From contig CAWIFX010000021.1 of the NCBI GenBank assembly GCA_963835515.1, positions 4,951-68,950 on the forward strand: 64,000 nucleotides of DNA, given 5' to 3'. The translations under genes and the position numbers were made by a program. Shown piece by piece: positions 59,784 through 64,000 of the stretch (within the stretch, counting starts at the first letter, position 1; each line of letters starts with the position of its first letter). Below the pieces are notes generated by a model. That model did no database searches, was not told the origin of the DNA, and saw only the letters and a program-made list of their open reading frames with translations. Origin of the DNA: an uncultured Acidimicrobiia bacterium. GTDB lineage: Bacteria; Actinomycetota; Acidimicrobiia; Spongiisociales; JAENVV01.

Positions 59784-60494
59784 CCTATACGAAACTGACC
59801 GTAATCATTCCCGTGTTCAATGAGCGGCGCACCATCGCCGAGGCCATCCGGCGCGCCCGTGAACAGGAGCTTTCGGTTTCTCGCGAAGTGATCGTTGTCG
59901 ACGATGGCTCAACCGATGGCACTCAGGAGGTGGTCAAACAGTTGCTGGACTCCACGGTCCGGTTGATCGAACAGCCAGTCAACCGGGGTAAGGGCGCAGC
60001 CGTTCGGGCGGGGATCGAGGCGGCCACCGGTGACGTCCTGGTCATTTACGACGCCGACCTTGAATACGACCCTCGCGACTGGGTCGCCATGCTTCGGCCG
60101 TTGAACGAGGGCCTCGCCAAGGTCGTCTATGGCTCTCGGTTTACCGGTGAGCGTCGCAACATGATGTTCTGGCATTGGGTGGGCAATCGTTTCTTGAGTC
60201 TGACGACCAATGTCCTGTACAACACCACCATCTCGGATATGGAAACCTGTTCGAAGATGATCGACACGAAGGTTGCCCAGGGCTTGGTGCTTGTTTCCAA
60301 TCGTTTCGATATTGAGCCGGAGATCACCGCCAAGCTGTTGCGGTCGGGGCATCGGATCTGGGAAGTACCCATCCGGTATGCAGGTCGTGAAGTCGACGAA
60401 GGAAAGAAGATCAGCTGGAAGGACGGCTTTCCAGCCTTGTGGTCCCTCGTCAAGTGGCGCGTTCGTGCCAAAGCGAACGTGGACTCGCTCGTGA
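59780..60494 (+). CDS. Family 2 glycosyltransferase (polyprenol-phosphate sugar synthase-like); 3' end uncertain because it reads through into the epimerase frame
   Basis: LTVIIPVFNE, VVDDGSTDGT and DADLEYDP (DxD). ATGA overlap with the preceding gene. A GTGA start/stop motif at 60491-60494 is visible in the +1 frame. Confidence 0.75.
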
Positions 60495-61427
60495 AGGCGA
60501 TCGTCACGGGCGGAGCAGGGTTCATCGGTTCACATTTGGTGGATCGCTTGATCAATGAGGGTTGGGAGGTGCTCGTCGTTGACAATCTCGCTTCCGGGCA
60601 CCTGGACAACCTCAAATCAGCCCGCGAATTCGGCAAGGTCAAGGTTCACACGCTCGACATCCTCGACCGGGATCTCGCTGAAGTGTTCGGTCGCTTCAGG
60701 GCAGATCGGGTGTTTCACCTTGCTGCTCAGGCCTCAGTCTCAACCTCGATGACGGACCCGATGTTCGACGCTCGGGTCAATGTGCTCGGAACCATTTCGG
60801 TACTCGAGGCGAGTCGCAAGTCCGGGGTGGGGCGGGTGGTTTTCGCCTCGTCCGGTGGTGCCCTGGCCGGTCCCGGTTCGGCCATTCCTACCAAGGAGAC
60901 GCAGAAGCCGAGACCGATTTCACCCTACGGGGTGGCCAAGCTGGCCGCTTCCGAGTATCTGGCGATGTACGAACGAACCTATGGTCTCGAGCACGTCGTA
61001 ATCGCCCCGGCCAATGTGTACGGACCCCGTCAGCGAGCCCATGCCGAGGGCGGGGTGGTCGCCATTTTCGTCGAAACGCTGATGGCTGGGCGCGCCGCCA
61101 CCATCTTCGGCGACGGCAGCCAAACGCGCGATTTTGTGTATGTCGCCGACGTTGCCGATGCTTTCTACAAGGCCGCTTCCACGAAGAACGTTGGACGGAC
61201 CTATAACGTGGGAACGGGTACTGAAACGACGATCTCCGACCTGTATGCCCTCATCGCCCAGGCGACCGGTGGTCCCGCCAAAGCCAGTCTTCGAAGCTGC
61301 CAAACCTGGTGACATCGAACGATCCGCGCTTGATGCGTCGGCCGCCGTCCGAGGCCTCGACTGGGCGCCGTGGACCGCCGTTGTCGAAGGTATTGCTGAG
61401 ACGGTACGTCACTACCGCCAAGGTTGA
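60491..61427 (+). pseudogene. NAD-dependent sugar epimerase (GalE-like SDR), frameshifted in an A3 run near 61281
   Basis: Internal GTG then KAIVTGGAGFIGSHLV, and YGVAKLA (YxxxK). The in-frame tail ..GGPAKASLRSCQTW* is aberrant. ORF 61134..61427 supplies the canonical end ..KPGDIERSALD..GLDWAP... Confidence 0.85.
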
Positions 61428-61431
61428 CCTC

Positions 61432-62137
61432 TCAACGAAACAGATCTTCTGACGGGGGTCGCACCAGGTCGGTGGCCCGGCCGTCACCGGTGAGGCGAAG
61501 CCCTCGAACCACGGCCACGGGGGTGCCGGTTGCCTTGCCCATGACGAGGTCGGCAGCCGCGGCGATCTCGTCGATCGCCGCAACCTCGGTGACTTCCAGC
61601 GTCGAACCGAACGTGTCGGTCGTCCCGCGATAGTCGATCAACGACGGTAGCCCGGAGACCCCGATCGCCACATCGGTCAGGCCCCGGCGCCAAGGGCGAC
61701 CGAACGTGTCCGTGATGATGACGCCAAGTGATTTCCCTGTTGCCTGTTCGAGGCGTCGCCGGATCCGATGGGCGCTCGCGTCAGGATCGCGGGGGAGTAG
61801 TACAACGTAGCCGGGCGCAACGTTGGACCGGTCGACTCCGGCATTGGCGCAAATAAAGCCATGCCGGGTGATCGAGATCGTCAGATCTCCCCGGCGCCTG
61901 ACAACCGAAGTGGATTCGGATTCGACGATCTCTCCGGCGCTCCTCGTCGGTAGCGGCCGCCTGCAAAGCGCCCTCGGCCTTCGACACGATTTTGTGCGTC
62001 ACCACGACGATGTCGAAATCCTGAAGCGGCTCCGGCAGTGCGTCGAGAATCAAGGAAGCGACGTCATCGCCCTCGACCACCTCACCGATACCGTTCACCC
62101 CGAATATTTCAAGGTTCACAGGATTTCGATCAGCCAT
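61432..62137 (-). pseudogene. cofE: F420-0:gamma-glutamyl ligase CofE, frameshifted near 61931-61936
   Basis: ORF 61781..62137 gives the N-terminus up to ..THKIVSKAEG..TDEERR, then nonsense. The adjacent frame reads EIVESESTSVVRRRGDLTISITRHGFICANAGVDRSNV...TDTFGRPWRRGLTDVAIGVSGL... continuously to the stop at 61432. Confidence 0.85.
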
Positions 62138-63033
62138 TCGGCGAAGCTGACGGACGACTCCATCGTGGCGAGACGCGTGTTGCGAACGTGCACTCTGGCC
62201 CCAAGGCCGGTGAGGGCTCCCCGGTCTGTGGCATCTTGCTGGTCGATCACGAGTTCGTTGACGACCCCGTCATAGGCGGCGAGGACCCCCTCGTTGCCAG
62301 GCGGCAAGCCGAGCGATAGGAGGACCCGGTCGGCAGGCCCTTTGAGTGCCTTGCCTCCGATCAGCGGACTGACGCCGACTACCCGGGGGCGATCGACGAT
62401 CGCCGAGGCGATGCCGGGGATGGCCAGGATCGGCCAGATGGAGAGGGGCGGGTTACTGGGGCCGATGATGACTGCGTCGGCGTTGGCGATCGCTTCCAAA
62501 ACGCCAGGGGCGGGGACGGCCTGATCCGCTCCAGCAAACCGAATGTCGATTACGTCATCCTCGTGGGCGCGATGCACAAAATACTCTCGGAAAGACAGCC
62601 ACTCGTCGTCAGGCGTCAAGATCTCCGTGCGGACCGAATCGTCGGATGCAGGAAGAATGGTGATTTCGAGTCCAATGACCTCCGCCATTCGGCCGGTGAT
62701 CTCCGATAGCGGTACCCCCCGGTATAGCTCCATCGTTCGGAACAGTTTTCCGGCCAGGTCCCGATCGCCGATCCGCATCGCCGTGTCGACTCCGAATTCT
62801 TCGAGCCGGGCCATGACGGCAAACGAATCGTACGCCAGGCCCCAGCCGGCCTCCGATTCAACGCCGGCGACGGTGTACATAACCGTGTCGATGTCGGGAG
62901 ATACGGCCAGACCGTAATCCGAGTCGTCGTCGCCAACGTTGACGATCACGGTGAGATCGATGCCCGGAGCGCGGGCCAATCCGCGCGCAAGTCTCGCACC
63001 ACCAACTCCACCCGATAACATGACCACATTCAT
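62116..63033 (-). CDS. cofD: 2-phospho-L-lactate transferase CofD (FbiA)
   Basis: MLSGGVGGARLARGL start and full-length CofD-like sequence. It overlaps the cofE start by 22 nt. Confidence 0.92.
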   Translation of the reverse strand: MNVVMLSGGVGGARLARGLARAPGIDLTVIVNVGDDDSDYGLAVSPDIDTVMYTVAGVESEAGWGLAYDSFAVMARLEEFGVDTAMRIGDRDLAGKLFRTMELYRGVPLSEITGRMAEVIGLEITILPASDDSVRTEILTPDDEWLSFREYFVHRAHEDDVIDIRFAGADQAVPAPGVLEAIANADAVIIGPSNPPLSIWPILAIPGIASAIVDRPRVVGVSPLIGGKALKGPADRVLLSLGLPPGNEGVLAAYDGVVNELVIDQQDATDRGALTGLGARVHVRNTRLATMESSVSFAEWLIEIL

Positions 63034-63113
63034 GGTGCCGACCTTTGATCCGATTGGTCGGCAATCTAGTCGGGTTCCGGGCGAGATTGCCTAGGCGCGC
63101 GAAGAACGACACA

Positions 63114-64000
63114 ATGGATCTGATGGCAACGGCACATCTCACTTCACTCGCGACGATCGCTGTCGCCGTCAACGCGTCAGATGCCGCGAAGGTTGCTGCT
63201 GCCCTGGCATCGACCGCGGTTGGCGAGGTGCCCGAACGGTTCGTCATCGGAGGCGGTGCGCCGTCGCAGGCTGCCGCAGTCGCCGCTTCCGCTACCTGGG
63301 TACGGACGACCACGGAGCTGATCGCCGAGTTACCACCAACCGTTACGCACGTCTGGCTACTCCATGACGATGCGATGCCACGACCCGATGCGCTACGGGC
63401 TCTGGTTGATGCGGCGGAACAGATCGACGCAGCATTGGTGGGTTCAAAGGTGCTCCGAGCTGACGACCCCTCGGTCCTCGAATCGGTCGGCGGAGCGACG
63501 GACGTGTTTCTTGTGCCGGATTCAGGGTTAGCGGCTGGCGAACTTGATCAAGAGCAGTACGACGTGGTTCGCGACGTGGCCTTCGTCCCAGGCGAATCGG
63601 TTTTGATTCGACGTGATTTGTTGAAAGGTCTTGGCGGTCCCGATCGACTGCTGCCCCCCTTCACTCAGGCCATCGACTTTGCAGGGCGGGCTCGCTCTGC
63701 GGGAGGCCGGGTGGCGGTCGTTCCGTCGTCGGAAGTACTGCATGCCGGCACCTGCCACGCAAAAATTCCGTCGTGGCGAGACCCGGCAGCTCGCTGGCGG
63801 TCGGCGGCCAAGTTGTATTCGGGTTGGACAGCGGCCTGGGTCCTGCCGATGGCGATTGTCATTGCCCTGCTCGATGCCGTGGTGCGGCTCGTCATGTTGG
63901 ACGCCCGTCCGCTCCTGGATCTCATCAAGGGCTTGGGCTGGAACACGAAACACGTTGGCAACACGCTGGTCGCCCGCCGACAGGCACGCAAGATCGTCCA
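63114..64000 (+). CDS. GT2-like glycosyltransferase, 3' end outside window
   Basis: My own translation from the ATG at 63114 stays open to the window edge, so it is absent from the ORF track. WLLHDDAMPRPDAL and FVPGESVLIRRDLLKGLGGPD...IDFAGRARSAGGRVAVVPSSEVLH resemble GT2 rhamnosyltransferase-type enzymes. Confidence 0.6.
   Translation, partial: MDLMATAHLTSLATIAVAVNASDAAKVAAALASTAVGEVPERFVIGGGAPSQAAAVAASATWVRTTTELIAELPPTVTHVWLLHDDAMPRPDALRALVDAAEQIDAALVGSKVLRADDPSVLESVGGATDVFLVPDSGLAAGELDQEQYDVVRDVAFVPGESVLIRRDLLKGLGGPDRLLPPFTQAIDFAGRARSAGGRVAVVPSSEVLHAGTCHAKIPSWRDPAARWRSAAKLYSGWTAAWVLPMAIVIALLDAVVRLVMLDARPLLDLIKGLGWNTKHVGNTLVARRQARKIV

Noticed and set aside
61432-61700. A suspected second frameshift in cofE near 61680
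   Set aside because: It was due to my own misreading of one base at a line break. Cross-checking with the ORF-track translations shows the middle and C-terminal parts are in one continuous frame; the track starts late only because no start codon occurs earlier in that frame.

Overview
GC-rich, densely packed chromosomal segment with about 60 protein-coding genes. It carries clear actinobacterial hallmarks: a WhiB-like regulator, an LCP glycopolymer ligase, a class A PBP with PASTA domains, the F420 genes cofD/cofE, and a SufU/Rieske-type suf system. By gene content it may be Acidimicrobiia-like, but that is only an inference. Content in order: pepA (5' partial), a polyprenyl-phosphate sugar transferase, a rhodanese-ThiF enzyme, a heterodimeric ABC exporter and an M23 peptidase. 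Then gltB, suf genes scattered in three blocks with two sufC copies, a sigma factor, a family-5 uracil-DNA glycosylase, fumC and whiB. Then acyl-CoA dehydrogenases with LLM and SDR oxidoreductases, and a GGDEF/EAL enzyme followed by two unrecognised proline-rich paralogues and ybjQ. Then several MBL-fold and alpha/beta hydrolases, dodecin, a class A PBP, and a propionyl-CoA module (mutase catalytic subunit, carboxylase alpha/beta, birA). Finally a cell-envelope sugar cluster (LCP, ugd, UDP-xylose synthase, GT2, epimerase), cofE/cofD, and a 3'-partial GT2. I recognised no rRNA, tRNA, CRISPR array, transposase, integrase or known defence system. The most striking technical observation is that eight conserved genes are each broken by a single-base frameshift, mostly in short mononucleotide runs, and a ninth indel may artificially fuse two genes. 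This points to assembly indel errors rather than real pseudogenes. I cannot point to a clear-cut novel system. The best candidate for unexplored biology is the tightly coupled minus-strand chain GGDEF/EAL -> two paralogous proline-rich proteins -> YbjQ (33983-39033). Other candidates are an S51-like protein with a CysRS-type C-terminal domain and the rearranged, duplicated suf locus. All calls rest on motif recognition by eye in the supplied ORF translations; no database search was possible.
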